This document shows positions 37,927 to 48,849 of a stretch of 64,000 bases of DNA, piece after piece. Origin of the DNA: Spirochaetia bacterium (lineage in GTDB: Bacteria; Spirochaetota; Spirochaetia; CADAEX01); the NCBI GenBank assembly GCA_017446885.1, contig JAFSOR010000020.1, positions 102,769-166,768 of the forward strand. The letters run 5' to 3'. The position numbers and the translations under genes were made by a program. The notes beneath the pieces were generated by a model. The model ran no database searches. It saw only the letters and a program-made list of their open reading frames with translations, and was not told the DNA's origin. Each line of letters opens with the position of its first letter. The first letter of the stretch is position 1.

Positions 37927-40900
37927 ATGATTGACAATTTCATCCGAGAACTTACTTCCCGTTTCAGAACCCTCCCAGCCCACAAGAGGTTGGTGGATAC
38001 CTTTTGCTCAAAACAGTTTCCTATAACATTAGGTGGCATCCGAAAGCTTCCTTTGGCAGCAGTGGTGGCCGACCTGTTCCGCTATTCCAAAGGCTCTTTC
38101 CTTATTGTCCTGCCCAACGAGAAAGAGGCAGAGCTGTTTTTCGATGATATTGCCTTGTGCAGCAAAGATGTATGCTTAATTCCTTCATTTAACACCCTTC
38201 CATACAGAGGCGAGAGCCCCGGCTCCCAGATTTATGGAAAACGGGTCAAGGCGCTTACCCGGCTTGTATCTGGAGGCAAATGCATAGCTGTAACATCGGT
38301 AGGGGCTTTCCTTTCCCCCATGGTGTCTGTGGATTATTTTAAGAAACACATTTTTACAATCAAGAAGGGTCAGAGCGTAAATACTGCCGAGCTTGAAAAA
38401 GCAATGCAGAGCTGCGGATATATCCGAACGCCCAAGGTATCGGTTCCAGGCGATTTTGCCATAAGGGGCGAGGTTTTTGATTTCTATCCGTTCGGAAGCG
38501 ATGAGCCTATGCGGGCAGTGTTTGAGTTTGACGAGATTGAGGCTATAAGGACTTTTGACCCCATTACACAGGCCTCAACCGGAAAGCTTGATAAAGCTGT
38601 AATTCCTCCATGCCGGGAGATCCTGTGGGATAATGAACACATTGAGGCAGTAAAGAAGCTGGCCATTTTAAAAGAGGATGTCCTTGAGAGTCTGGAAACT
38701 GGGAATGAGGTGCCCGAAGAAGAGTATATTCTGCCGCTTACCTTTGAGAAGCAGGGGCATCTGTTTGATTATCTGGGGGATTTTGCATCTCTTTTCCTGG
38801 TGGATCAGGAGCTTCTGGAACAGCGCTCCGATGCTATTATGGATGAGTATAAGGCCTGTTACCGGCAGTTTGCCCACGATTCTTTTGCAAAGCCTCCTAT
38901 GCCAGATTCCCTTTTATTTGATTTTTCAATAGAGAGCACTGCCATAGAAAGGCGCATTATCCTGCCTCTGCTTCACGACAGCCACCGCAATGATGATGCA
39001 ATAACTTATTCCTACGAGTCGGGCCGTTCATTCTTTGGTAACTTTGCCTACCTTAAGGAAGAGCTTTCTTCGCTTTTAAAGAACAACTACAAGATTTATA
39101 TTTTCTCAAGCTCCGGGGTGCAGGCCCAGAGAATAGGCAAGATATTGGAGAACCTGGATGTCCATGTGATAATGGGTGCAATCTCGGGCGGCTTTGTCCT
39201 CCCCGACAGCCAGATTATCGCAATCCAGGAGAACGAGATATTCGGCCGCAAAAGGCGCCCCCCTGCATCGGTCAAGAAAGTAAAGAGCAGCCCTATAGAC
39301 TCTTTTGTGGAGCTTAATAAAGGCGATTATGTGGTCCATATAAACTATGGAATAGGCAGGTTCATAGGCATAGACCGCATCAAGTCCTCAGGCACAGAGC
39401 GGGACTACATCCACCTTGAGTATGCAGGGGAAGAGACAGTATTTATCCCTATAGAGCAGGTAAACCTGATTCAGCGCTACATAGGTGGGGAAGGCAAAGC
39501 GCCCCACCTTGACCACATAGGGGGCAAGGGCTGGGAAGCCCGCAAAAGCAAGGCCCGCCGCGCCGCAGAGGAGCTGGCCGCCCGGCTTATAAAGCTTTAT
39601 TCAAGGCGGCAGAATGCAAAAGGGTTTGCATTCCCGTCCGACACCGATATGCAGATGGAGTTTGAGGCAGCCTTTCCATATGATGAGACCGACGACCAGC
39701 TCCGGTGCATAGAGGAGGTAAAGGCCGACATGGAAAGGTCAAACCCTATGGACCGGCTAATCTGCGGCGACGTTGGTTTTGGCAAGACCGAGGTGGCCAT
39801 GCGGGCTGTGTTCAAGGCTGTTGCCGGCGGCAGGCAGGCAGCCTTCCTGTGTCCTACCACAATCCTGGCAGAACAGCACTACGAGAACTTTAAGGAACGG
39901 TTCAAGAACTTCCCAGTGGAGATAAGGCTTTTATCGCGCTTTGTTCCGCCAAAGCAGCAGAAGGCTGTAATACAGGACCTTAAGAGCGGCAGGGCCGATA
40001 TAATCATAGGAACCCACCGCATACTGCAGAAAGATGTAATCTTCAACAACCTGGGCCTTATGGTGGTGGACGAGGAACAGCGTTTCGGCGTAAAGGACAA
40101 GGAGAAGATGAAAGAGCTCAAGACCTCCATAGACTGCCTGTCCCTTTCTGCAACCCCGATTCCGCGCACACTCCATATGTCGCTCCTTAAGATACGCGAC
40201 CTGTCTGTGCTTGAGACACCGCCCCGGAACAGGCGTCCTATAGAGACTTTTGTCCAGCCATACAGCATGGAGGTGGTAAGAAAAGCCATACTCCAGGAGA
40301 TTTCCAGGGGCGGGCAGGTCTACTACCTGCATAACAGAGTGGAATCGCTTGATAATGTGCGGCTTACTCTGGAGCATCTTATGCCTGAGCTTATAATGGA
40401 GACAGCCCATGGCAAGATGAGCGGCACAGAGCTTGAGGATATAATGGACAGGTTTGTGCATCAGGAGATACAGGTCCTTATCTCAACCACCATAATAGAG
40501 AATGGAATCGATATACCTAACGTAAACACTATAATCATAGACCGGGCCGACATGTACGGCATATCCCAGCTTTACCAGCTGCGGGGCCGGGTGGGGCGTT
40601 CTGACAAGCTGGCATACGCCTACCTGCTTTATCCAGACCAGACAGCCATGACAGAGCTTGCCATGAAACGGCTCCGCATAATATCTGACAACACAGGTCT
40701 TGGAGCAGGTTTCAAGGTTGCCATGAAAGACCTTGAGGTGCGTGGTGCCGGAAACCTTCTGGGACGCGACCAGAGCGGCGAGATAAGCTCTGTAGGCTTT
40801 GATATGTACCTGCGCCTTATAGACGAGGCTGTCCAGGCACTTGATGAGCACAGGAAAGATGAGCTTGATTTCCACGATGTCTATCTTGAGCTTGAGTATT

Positions 40901-41313
40901 CTGGCTTTATCCCCGACACCTATATCCGCGACCAGAGCGAGAAGATGGAGATTTATAAGAAGATTGCCTCGGTTGTGTCTGAGAATGAGCTTGATACAAT
41001 ATGCAGCGAGCTTGAGGACCGTTTCGGGCCGCTTCCTGACGAGGTAGAGAGCCTGGTTTCCCTTGCCGAGATACGGGTGCTGTGCGGAAAGCTCTATATA
41101 ACCTCGATGAAGGAACATCATGGCGAGATAGAGATAACTTTCGGCAAGGTGCATATAATCAATCTGGAGAAATATATGCGTCTTATCAAGGAGAGCGGTG
41201 GCAAGATAAAGCCGTCGCCACATAGGGCCAATGTCATGATTATAACCACTGATTTAGTGGATCTTAAGGAAAAGTCAGCCTTCCTGCGCGATAAGCTTAT
41301 GCAGCTGATATAG
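37927..41313 (+). CDS. mfd: transcription-repair coupling factor Mfd
   Basis: 1128 aa; GDVGFGKTEVA Walker A; DExx helicase motifs; TRG motif. Confidence 0.95.
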   Translation: MIDNFIRELTSRFRTLPAHKRLVDTFCSKQFPITLGGIRKLPLAAVVADLFRYSKGSFLIVLPNEKEAELFFDDIALCSKDVCLIPSFNTLPYRGESPGSQIYGKRVKALTRLVSGGKCIAVTSVGAFLSPMVSVDYFKKHIFTIKKGQSVNTAELEKAMQSCGYIRTPKVSVPGDFAIRGEVFDFYPFGSDEPMRAVFEFDEIEAIRTFDPITQASTGKLDKAVIPPCREILWDNEHIEAVKKLAILKEDVLESLETGNEVPEEEYILPLTFEKQGHLFDYLGDFASLFLVDQELLEQRSDAIMDEYKACYRQFAHDSFAKPPMPDSLLFDFSIESTAIERRIILPLLHDSHRNDDAITYSYESGRSFFGNFAYLKEELSSLLKNNYKIYIFSSSGVQAQRIGKILENLDVHVIMGAISGGFVLPDSQIIAIQENEIFGRKRRPPASVKKVKSSPIDSFVELNKGDYVVHINYGIGRFIGIDRIKSSGTERDYIHLEYAGEETVFIPIEQVNLIQRYIGGEGKAPHLDHIGGKGWEARKSKARRAAEELAARLIKLYSRRQNAKGFAFPSDTDMQMEFEAAFPYDETDDQLRCIEEVKADMERSNPMDRLICGDVGFGKTEVAMRAVFKAVAGGRQAAFLCPTTILAEQHYENFKERFKNFPVEIRLLSRFVPPKQQKAVIQDLKSGRADIIIGTHRILQKDVIFNNLGLMVVDEEQRFGVKDKEKMKELKTSIDCLSLSATPIPRTLHMSLLKIRDLSVLETPPRNRRPIETFVQPYSMEVVRKAILQEISRGGQVYYLHNRVESLDNVRLTLEHLMPELIMETAHGKMSGTELEDIMDRFVHQEIQVLISTTIIENGIDIPNVNTIIIDRADMYGISQLYQLRGRVGRSDKLAYAYLLYPDQTAMTELAMKRLRIISDNTGLGAGFKVAMKDLEVRGAGNLLGRDQSGEISSVGFDMYLRLIDEAVQALDEHRKDELDFHDVYLELEYSGFIPDTYIRDQSEKMEIYKKIASVVSENELDTICSELEDRFGPLPDEVESLVSLAEIRVLCGKLYITSMKEHHGEIEITFGKVHIINLEKYMRLIKESGGKIKPSPHRANVMIITTDLVDLKEKSAFLRDKLMQLI

Positions 41314-41321
41314 GAGAGGGT

Positions 41322-42017
41322 ATGGAAGAAGTTTTGCACAGAACTATAAAAAGCTTTGTACTGCGCTCGGGGCGTATAACCAAGCTGCAGCAGCATGCTC
41401 TGGACAATTATGCCCAGCTATACTGCATCCCGTATGAGGCAGAAAAGAAGCTTGATTTTGTCCAGGTTTTCCATAACACTAAGCAGACCGTAGTGGAGAT
41501 AGGCTTTGGCGACGGCGAGGCCACCCACCAGATGGCAGAGCGTAATCCAGATATAAACTATCTGGCCCTTGAGGTATATCCGCCAGGAGTGGGGGCACTT
41601 TTGGATGTGGTTCATACCAGGCAGCTTCCCAATGTGCGCATAGTCCAGTACGATGCATCCGAGGTGGTGCAGAATATGCTGGCCGATAGCTCTGTAAGCG
41701 GTTTCCATATCTTTTTCCCCGACCCGTGGCAGAAGAAACGGCATAACAAAAGGCGCCTTATAAATCCGGCATTTACTGCTCTTTTGGCAGACAAGCTTAA
41801 GACTGGAGGCTATATCTACTGCGCAACCGACTGGGAGGATTATGCATTGCAGATGCAGGATGTGCTCAGGGGCGAGGCAAGGATATCATCGCCATTCTCA
41901 GGTTTTGCAGAAAAACCCAACGATATTGTCCCCTGGCGCCCCCAGACCAAGTTTGAGCGCAAAGGTGTTTCGGCAGGCAGGAGAATATTTGAATCCTACT
42001 TTGTGAAAACTTGCTAA
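41322..42017 (+). CDS. trmB: tRNA (guanine46-N7)-methyltransferase
   Basis: …EIGFGDGE… SAM-binding motif and TrmB length. Confidence 0.85.
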   Translation: MEEVLHRTIKSFVLRSGRITKLQQHALDNYAQLYCIPYEAEKKLDFVQVFHNTKQTVVEIGFGDGEATHQMAERNPDINYLALEVYPPGVGALLDVVHTRQLPNVRIVQYDASEVVQNMLADSSVSGFHIFFPDPWQKKRHNKRRLINPAFTALLADKLKTGGYIYCATDWEDYALQMQDVLRGEARISSPFSGFAEKPNDIVPWRPQTKFERKGVSAGRRIFESYFVKTC

Positions 42018-42057
42018 TTAATTATATTTGTTATATTATAAAAATAGGAGGGGTGCT

Positions 42058-42972
42058 GTGGCCAAACGGAAAAAGAACTTAAAAAAGAATTATCCTCTTA
42101 TTGTTTCTGCTTTAGTACTTTTAGTTTCTCTTCTGGTGCTGGTTGCTATAATAAACTATCACCCATCTGCCAGGCAGGAAACCCCATCTCAAGCCGAAAC
42201 CCCGGCCCCTAAGCCCGAGCCGCAGGTGCAGAGCCCACCACAGACGGCACCCGAGCCTGTGGTTCCAGAGCCTGCTGAAAAGCCGGAAAAACCTAAAAAA
42301 CGCATTTACCTTATCCTTGATGACGGCGGCCATAACACCAGGCAGCTTATGCCGTTCCTTAAGTTTCCTGGAAAGTTGGCCATAGCAGTTATTCCGCGCC
42401 TTGAGTATTCTGCCGAGGTTGCCGAGCTTACATATCAGCATGGCAAGACTGTAATGCTGCATCAGCCTATGCAGCCGCTTGGAAAGGCAGACCCTGGCGA
42501 AGGTGCCATATATGTCAACATGAGCGACAATGATGTCCGCAAGACTCTTGAGGAAAACCTCGATTCCATACCCCATGTAGTCGGGTTCAACAACCATATG
42601 GGCTCTGCCGGCACCAGCGACGAGCGTGTCATGGATGTGGTGCTCAAGGTGGCCAAACAGCGCAGCCTGTTCTTTGTGGACAGCTTTACCCATGCAGGTT
42701 CTGTCTGCGCCAAGGTGGCTAAAAAGAACGGTATGCGTATTGCAAGACGTGATGTATTTCTTGATAATGATAAAAGCAGGGAAAAGATGATCGAATCATT
42801 CAACAAAGGAAAAGAAGTGGCAGACAAGAAAGGTTATGCAGTCATGATTGGCCATGTGTGGTCAGATGAACTGGCTAAGGTTATGATTGATTTGTATCCT
42901 GAGTTCATAGAAGAAGGCTATTGCTTCGAGTCGGTTTCCGATTTCTTTACCCTGGAAGCAGAAGAGGAATAA
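42058..42972 (+). CDS. divergent polysaccharide deacetylase (YibQ/DUF610-like)
   Basis: Start moved to the GTG after RBS aggaggg (the ORF track starts at 42028); TM anchor, Pro-rich linker, …LDDGGHN… core. Confidence 0.7.
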   Translation: MAKRKKNLKKNYPLIVSALVLLVSLLVLVAIINYHPSARQETPSQAETPAPKPEPQVQSPPQTAPEPVVPEPAEKPEKPKKRIYLILDDGGHNTRQLMPFLKFPGKLAIAVIPRLEYSAEVAELTYQHGKTVMLHQPMQPLGKADPGEGAIYVNMSDNDVRKTLEENLDSIPHVVGFNNHMGSAGTSDERVMDVVLKVAKQRSLFFVDSFTHAGSVCAKVAKKNGMRIARRDVFLDNDKSREKMIESFNKGKEVADKKGYAVMIGHVWSDELAKVMIDLYPEFIEEGYCFESVSDFFTLEAEEE

Positions 42973-42975
42973 AAA

Positions 42976-43992
42976 TTGAACATCTTAGGTATCGAGTCCT
43001 CGTGTGATGAATGTTCTGTCTCAGTTGTGGCAGACGGAAAAAAGATTCTCTCCAATGTGGTTGCTACCCAGATTCCGCTGCACCAGCCCTATATGGGGGT
43101 TGTGCCGGAGATAGCATCGCGCACCCATGTGGAATGGATAAAAGGGGTGGTGCGCACATCGCTTGAGACAGCAGGCTGCACCCTTAAGGATATAGACGGC
43201 ATAGCTGTTACAGCCAAACCAGGCCTTGCAGGTTCCCTTTTGGTGGGCCTTTCCTACGCCAAAGCTCTTTCTTATGCCACCGATATTCCATACATAGGAA
43301 TAAACCACATATATGGCCATATCCATGCTGCCCATATAGAATACGATATCCAGTACCCCTATGTGGCACTTCTGGTATCGGGCGGCCATACCCTTATCGC
43401 AATCATGGAAAACTACGACAAGATGCAGATAATGGGAACCACCATAGACGATGCCTGCGGCGAGGCCTTTGACAAGATTGCCAAGTTCTACGGCTGGGGG
43501 TATCCGGGCGGAGTAGTTATAGACAAGCTTGCTCAGAATGGCGATTCAAATGCTTTCTCGTTCCCAGACCCGAACCTCCATAAGGGGGAACATAAATACG
43601 ATGTCTCGTATTCAGGGCTTAAGACAGCGGTAATAAACCAGCTGCACCAGTTCCAGAACCCTGGCTACGAGGCCACACCCGAGAATATTGCCGCATCTTT
43701 CCAAAAGACAGCCATAGATATGCTTATAAAGCGGCTTAAGAAGGCTGCCAAAGATACAAATCTTAATACTGTGGTCACAGGGGGCGGTGTGGCGGCAAAC
43801 TCATACCTTCGCAAGGCTCTGTCTGAACTTAAAGGCTTCAAGGTCTATATCCCGTCTATGAAGCTGTGCGGCGACAACGGTGCCATGATAGCAGGGCTTG
43901 GGTACCATTTTTTGAAAGATGGCATGACATCGGACCTTGACCTTACCATAACGTCCAAAGTTATGGCCTTCCATAGGAGTTATCCGCGGTAA
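42976..43992 (+). CDS. tsaD: tRNA t6A37 threonylcarbamoyltransferase TsaD
   Basis: ILGIESSCD N-terminus; His-rich metal site (…HIYGH…H…). Confidence 0.9.
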   Translation: MNILGIESSCDECSVSVVADGKKILSNVVATQIPLHQPYMGVVPEIASRTHVEWIKGVVRTSLETAGCTLKDIDGIAVTAKPGLAGSLLVGLSYAKALSYATDIPYIGINHIYGHIHAAHIEYDIQYPYVALLVSGGHTLIAIMENYDKMQIMGTTIDDACGEAFDKIAKFYGWGYPGGVVIDKLAQNGDSNAFSFPDPNLHKGEHKYDVSYSGLKTAVINQLHQFQNPGYEATPENIAASFQKTAIDMLIKRLKKAAKDTNLNTVVTGGGVAANSYLRKALSELKGFKVYIPSMKLCGDNGAMIAGLGYHFLKDGMTSDLDLTITSKVMAFHRSYPR

Positions 43993-44862
43993 ATGTCCAA
44001 GAAGAGTGTCCTGTATATAATTATAACTGCACTCTGCTTCGGAACCATGGAGGTTGCCCTTAAAATAGGGGGCAGCACCTTTACAGCGCTTCAGATGAAT
44101 TTTCTCCGCTTCCTTATAGGGGGGCTTCTGCTTCTGCCGCTTGCCCTGAAAGAGCTTAAGCGCAGGCAGATAACCCTTACCATGGGAGACTGGGGCTATA
44201 TGACTCTTTTAGGGGTGCTGGGAATAAGTTTCAGCATGTCATTTTTCCAGATAGGGGTAATGTACCTTAATGCCAATACCGCAGCCATAATAATATCCTG
44301 CAATCCTGTATTCACCATGCTGTTTGCCCATTTTCTGGTGCACGACCGCTTTACTTCTGATAAAGCTACAGTGTTATGCATCTGCCTTGTGGGGCTTCTG
44401 TTTGTGGCCAATCCTTTCCATATGGCAGCCGGCAACACCCCCAAGGGTTTTCTGTATATGCTTATTGCAATGGTCTCTTTCGCCCTCTATTCTTCGTTGG
44501 GAAACATAAGGGCAAAGCGGCTTGGCGGCGCTATCCAGACCTGCATACCGTTTCTTATTGCATCGGCAGTCAATCTTCTTATACTTATTCTGCTTAAAGA
44601 GCCAATTTTCAGCGGAATCTCCATAAAAAGCGCTCCAGTGCTGCTTTATATCGGCTTTATAGTCACAGGGCTTGGATATTACACATATCTTGGCGCCATA
44701 GAGATGGTTGGGCCATCCAACGCCTCTATCTCTTTCTTCCTTAAACCGGTTGTGGCTGTTGTCTCCGCCGCCCTGATCCTGCACGAGGCAGTGACATGGA
44801 ACATTGTCTTAGGAATTGCTATTATTCTTGCAGGCTTTTGTATAAACATGAAGAAGCGCTAA
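43993..44862 (+). CDS. EamA/DMT family transporter
   Basis: Ten TM helices in two EamA repeats. Confidence 0.7.
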   Translation: MSKKSVLYIIITALCFGTMEVALKIGGSTFTALQMNFLRFLIGGLLLLPLALKELKRRQITLTMGDWGYMTLLGVLGISFSMSFFQIGVMYLNANTAAIIISCNPVFTMLFAHFLVHDRFTSDKATVLCICLVGLLFVANPFHMAAGNTPKGFLYMLIAMVSFALYSSLGNIRAKRLGGAIQTCIPFLIASAVNLLILILLKEPIFSGISIKSAPVLLYIGFIVTGLGYYTYLGAIEMVGPSNASISFFLKPVVAVVSAALILHEAVTWNIVLGIAIILAGFCINMKKR

Positions 44863-46173
44863 TGCAAACAGGGCACCGCACCCTTCGCCTGCTATTATAG
44901 CCGAAACCAGTCCATAAATACCGAACATCCTGTTAAGCAGGTACATGAAAGGAATATAGAAAACAAGTTCCCGCACCACGGCATGTATAAAGGTTCCACC
45001 TCCGTTTCCCATGGCCTGCAGGCAGAACGATGAATGGTAGTTCAAGAACTGGAAAGGGGAAGCAAGGCATCGGATACGCAGGAACACTATACCAAAGGCG
45101 ATAGTGGTTGCCGCTTCTTTTGAATAGCCGGTGGAGGTGCTCATGAATATGCGTATTATCGGGGATGCAAGAGCCAGGAATATTGCTATGCTTATAAGGC
45201 TTACATAAAGGCCGCTGCGGCGCCCTGTGCGTATTACGCTCTTCATCCTGTCGTGGTTGCCAGATGCATAGTTGTAGGCCACAATGGGGAGCATACCCTG
45301 GCATATTCCTATGTTTATTGCGTTTGGAAGGCGCTCCGCCTTCATGACTATGCCTATTGCGGCCAGCTGCAGGTCGCCCCAGCCAGCCATAAGAATGTTA
45401 AGCACTATGTTGGCAATGTCGAAAAGCAGTGTCAGGCAGGAAGATGGAATACCCACAGCAAGCAGTGCCTTTAAATCGGAGCGCCGCATTCCGAATGCAT
45501 CCTTAAGCCGGGTGCTAAGCGGGGCTATCTTAGAAACCTTTTTAAGGTAGGCCAGCAGGAATATGCACGATACCGAGTTTGAGACAGTGGTTGCCAATGC
45601 TGCTCCAAGCACCTCGTTCCCGGGGCTCATCAGGTGGAACATGAATATAGGGTCCAGGATAACATTAAGTATTCCTCCGCCGGAAAGCCCTATGCTGGCC
45701 TGCTTGGAATAGCCTGTGTTCCGCAGCAGGTGGGCAGCAGTCAGTGAGACTATAGTAGGAAAGTTGCCCACCACCAGAACCACCAGCACATACTGCTTTG
45801 CATAGGGCAGTGTTGCATCGGATGCACCCAGAAAGCGCAGTATAGGTGTCAGAAACACTAAAAGCAAGAGGGAATAGAGAAGGGCCGAGCCCATGGCACA
45901 GTACAGGCTTGCAGAAGATACCTTTCTGGCGTTGTCCAGATCCTGGGCGCCAGAAAGACGGGCAATAAGGCTGCCCCCACCTATGCCGAACAGATTGGCA
46001 AAGCTTATATTCATCATAAACAGGGTAAAGGAGACTGTGACGGCAGCCATCATGTAAGAGTTGCCTGTCCTGCCTATGAAGAATGTGTCAACGATGCTGT
46101 ATACAAGGTTTATCAGCTGGCTGACTATTGTGGGTACAGCCATTGCCCTGATAGCCTTGGATACAGGCATCAA
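44809..46173 (-). CDS. MATE family efflux transporter
   Basis: 12-TM MATE topology; 454 aa. Confidence 0.8.
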   Translation of the reverse strand: MMPVSKAIRAMAVPTIVSQLINLVYSIVDTFFIGRTGNSYMMAAVTVSFTLFMMNISFANLFGIGGGSLIARLSGAQDLDNARKVSSASLYCAMGSALLYSLLLLVFLTPILRFLGASDATLPYAKQYVLVVLVVGNFPTIVSLTAAHLLRNTGYSKQASIGLSGGGILNVILDPIFMFHLMSPGNEVLGAALATTVSNSVSCIFLLAYLKKVSKIAPLSTRLKDAFGMRRSDLKALLAVGIPSSCLTLLFDIANIVLNILMAGWGDLQLAAIGIVMKAERLPNAINIGICQGMLPIVAYNYASGNHDRMKSVIRTGRRSGLYVSLISIAIFLALASPIIRIFMSTSTGYSKEAATTIAFGIVFLRIRCLASPFQFLNYHSSFCLQAMGNGGGTFIHAVVRELVFYIPFMYLLNRMFGIYGLVSAIIAGEGCGALFALALLHVYTKACKNNSNS

Positions 46174-46205
46174 TTCAAAAAGATCACGTTTACTGGAGCT
46201 TAATG

Positions 46206-47231
46206 TCAGCAGATTTTTACAACCCAGCCTTCTGGTCCCTTGATTCTTCCCATCTGGATACCAGTAAGGGTGTCGTACAGCTTCTGGGTTACAGGACCCA
46301 TAGATGTCATGCCGCTAGGGAAGCATATCTCCTTGCCGTGGTCGTTGATTTTTCCGACAGGAGAGATGACAGCTGCTGTTCCGCACAGGCCGCACTCTGC
46401 AAAGTCTGCAAGTTCTTCCTTGTAAATCTCTCTCTGCTCAACCTCGAGGCCCAGATAGTCTTTTGCAACTACCATAAGGGATCTTCTGGTGATTGAAGGC
46501 AGAATGGTGTTGGATTTAGGTGTTACAACCTTGTTGTCCTTTGTAACGAACAGGAAGTTTGCTCCACCGGTCTCCTCCACCTTTGTCCGTGTTGCAGAAT
46601 CCAGGAACATATTCTCGTCAAAGCCCTGTTTGTGGGCATCTACTATTGCATGGAGGCTCATAGCATAGTTAAGACCAGCCTTGATGTGGCCTGTTCCGTG
46701 CGGTGCTGCCCGGTCAAAGTCGCAGATACGCAGTGTAAGAGGCTTTACTCCGCCCTTGAAGTAAGGTCCTACAGGGGTGACAAAGATTCTGAACTGATAC
46801 TCGTCAGCCGGCTTTACGCCGATAACTGCACCGGTTGCATTCATGTTAGGTCTTATGTACAGAGTTGCGCCAGAGCCATAAGGTGGAACCCATGCCTCGT
46901 TTGCCTTTACAGTGTCGATAACAGCCTTGATGAACCTGTCTTTCGGGAATACAGGCATCTCAAGCCGCTCTGCGCTCTGTGCCATACGCTCTGCGTTAAG
47001 GTCAGGTCTGAAGCATACTATGCTGCCATCCTCGGTTGTATAAGCCTTAAGGCCTTCAAAACATGTCTGAGCGTACTGGAATACACCTGCACATTCAGTG
47101 ATTGAAACATTTGCATCGGAGATTATAGCGCCATCGTCCCATGCTCCGTCCTTGTAATTTGAAACAAATCTCTTGTCGGTCTGCATATAAGCAAATCCAA
47201 GATTTCCCCAGTCGATGTTTTTCTTTTCCAT
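46206..47231 (-). CDS. ilvE: branched-chain amino acid aminotransferase (class IV)
   Basis: …FEGLKAY… and class IV fold motifs; 341 aa. Confidence 0.9.
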   Translation of the reverse strand: MEKKNIDWGNLGFAYMQTDKRFVSNYKDGAWDDGAIISDANVSITECAGVFQYAQTCFEGLKAYTTEDGSIVCFRPDLNAERMAQSAERLEMPVFPKDRFIKAVIDTVKANEAWVPPYGSGATLYIRPNMNATGAVIGVKPADEYQFRIFVTPVGPYFKGGVKPLTLRICDFDRAAPHGTGHIKAGLNYAMSLHAIVDAHKQGFDENMFLDSATRTKVEETGGANFLFVTKDNKVVTPKSNTILPSITRRSLMVVAKDYLGLEVEQREIYKEELADFAECGLCGTAAVISPVGKINDHGKEICFPSGMTSMGPVTQKLYDTLTGIQMGRIKGPEGWVVKIC

Positions 47232-47338
47232 AATTCACTTCTCTTTAGATAAGATTTATATAAAAATTTTATCATTTAATAAAAAAATAGGGAATAGTTT
47301 TTGTTGCAAAAAGGGGAGGAAAATAATAGTATGCTAAT

Positions 47339-47998
47339 ATGATATGGTTTCCATTGGGTGTTTTTGCCCTTCTTATTATATTAGGCTTGACCTTCATTCC
47401 TTCCTCCAGGAAAAGTCCGGGGTTTATTTTCAGCTGTGTCCTTTCTCTGCTTATCGCTTTTCTGGTAAGCTTCCTTTACAGCTTTATCAAGAATTCGTAT
47501 CCGCTTACTAACGACACATCCAGGATTTTGATGCATTACATGGTGCACGACCACCTGTTCTTCTATTTCCCGGGCGCAGCTTTAGTGCTTGTGTGTCTGG
47601 TGTGCCTGCGAAAAGAGCTTTCACGTTATGCTGCCCAGGCCATGGCATTGGTGCTTTTATGCCTTTATATGGGGTTTGCCATGCTGGCTTCGTTCTTCTA
47701 TTCAAGCCACAGCGGATGGGCCGATCCATACCTGCTTTTCTATCTTACAGGATGCAGAGTGTTCCAGTGCCTGGTTTTTGCCGGTCTGGCACATTTTATT
47801 TTCATAAAATCCAGATGGTTCTTCATGGTGGGAGCCATCGCAATTATTCTGGCTGTTCCGTTCATCACAGCCCAGGTGTCGTTCTTATTCTATACCAGCA
47901 AAGTACATGCAGCTACAGTGCTGCTTGCTTTTCTATATGGTGCTGCTCTTATTATAGGCCTGTCTTATGCCATTGTAGTCCGGAGGCTTAAATCTTGA
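47339..47998 (+). CDS. hypothetical polytopic membrane protein
   Basis: ORF with 5-6 TM helices; no recognisable family. Confidence 0.45.
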   Translation: MIWFPLGVFALLIILGLTFIPSSRKSPGFIFSCVLSLLIAFLVSFLYSFIKNSYPLTNDTSRILMHYMVHDHLFFYFPGAALVLVCLVCLRKELSRYAAQAMALVLLCLYMGFAMLASFFYSSHSGWADPYLLFYLTGCRVFQCLVFAGLAHFIFIKSRWFFMVGAIAIILAVPFITAQVSFLFYTSKVHAATVLLAFLYGAALIIGLSYAIVVRRLKS

Positions 47999-48849
47999 GG
48001 CTCCGGTTCTGGCCTTTTACATTATTCCTTATACTGCTTCTTTCAGGCTGTGCAAATAATAAAGGTGAAAGTCTTTTGTTCTTCTATGACAAGGAATTTG
48101 GACAGGTGGCAGAGTTTACCCCGTCGCTTTTCTTGGGCGACGATAAGCCTTTTTTCAAGGAGATAGGCTCTGTTGCCCTGGAATCGGGCTATGCCCTTAA
48201 GCCTGTCTCTGTTGATGTTCTGGGAGCCGATTATCAGGCTATTATTCAAAAACAGCTGCTCAAATCCGGCAAGCAGGTTATAATTACCTCATTTCTCTAC
48301 AGCATTCCAGAGGTTCAGACTCTTTTAGACAGTTATCAGGTTGCAGTGGTGGGAGCAGCCCTGGATATTAATCTGGATAAGCTAAGAATAATAGGAAATG
48401 GTTTTAAGGTTATTGAGGATGAAGGCCGGCTCTTGGCATCGGCAGGGAAAAAGATTAACTTTGTATCTCTTAAAAGCGGTTTCCAGCAGCTTATAACAGA
48501 TGCCTTTTTAGAAGGGGCAGGCTCTGATGTCCATGTGCTTGAGGCCGAGCTGAATGCTGCAACGCTCAAGTCAATAGATTTGGTCAGCCTGATTCACATG
48601 GATTCTATGATTGTGGCAAGCTACGGTCCCTGTTTTAAAAGCTTTTCTTCTCCGCAGAGCAGGGCTGGAGCAATCCGTGTTCTTAACTATCCATCAACCC
48701 CGGAATATGCCGATCCATATATGAAAAAGAGGGTAGAGGCCTTTGTCTGCTACGACTTCGGCACATCGTTCAAGAGCGCAATATTGGAACTTGCTTCCAG
48801 AAAGGGAGAGAAAAAAAGTTTTTATTCCTTTGACTTAATCAGGCGATAG
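47995..48849 (+). CDS. hypothetical lipoprotein (lipobox LLSGC)
   Basis: Signal peptide and lipobox; periplasmic-binding-like alpha/beta pattern. Confidence 0.45.
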   Translation: MRLRFWPFTLFLILLLSGCANNKGESLLFFYDKEFGQVAEFTPSLFLGDDKPFFKEIGSVALESGYALKPVSVDVLGADYQAIIQKQLLKSGKQVIITSFLYSIPEVQTLLDSYQVAVVGAALDINLDKLRIIGNGFKVIEDEGRLLASAGKKINFVSLKSGFQQLITDAFLEGAGSDVHVLEAELNAATLKSIDLVSLIHMDSMIVASYGPCFKSFSSPQSRAGAIRVLNYPSTPEYADPYMKKRVEAFVCYDFGTSFKSAILELASRKGEKKSFYSFDLIRR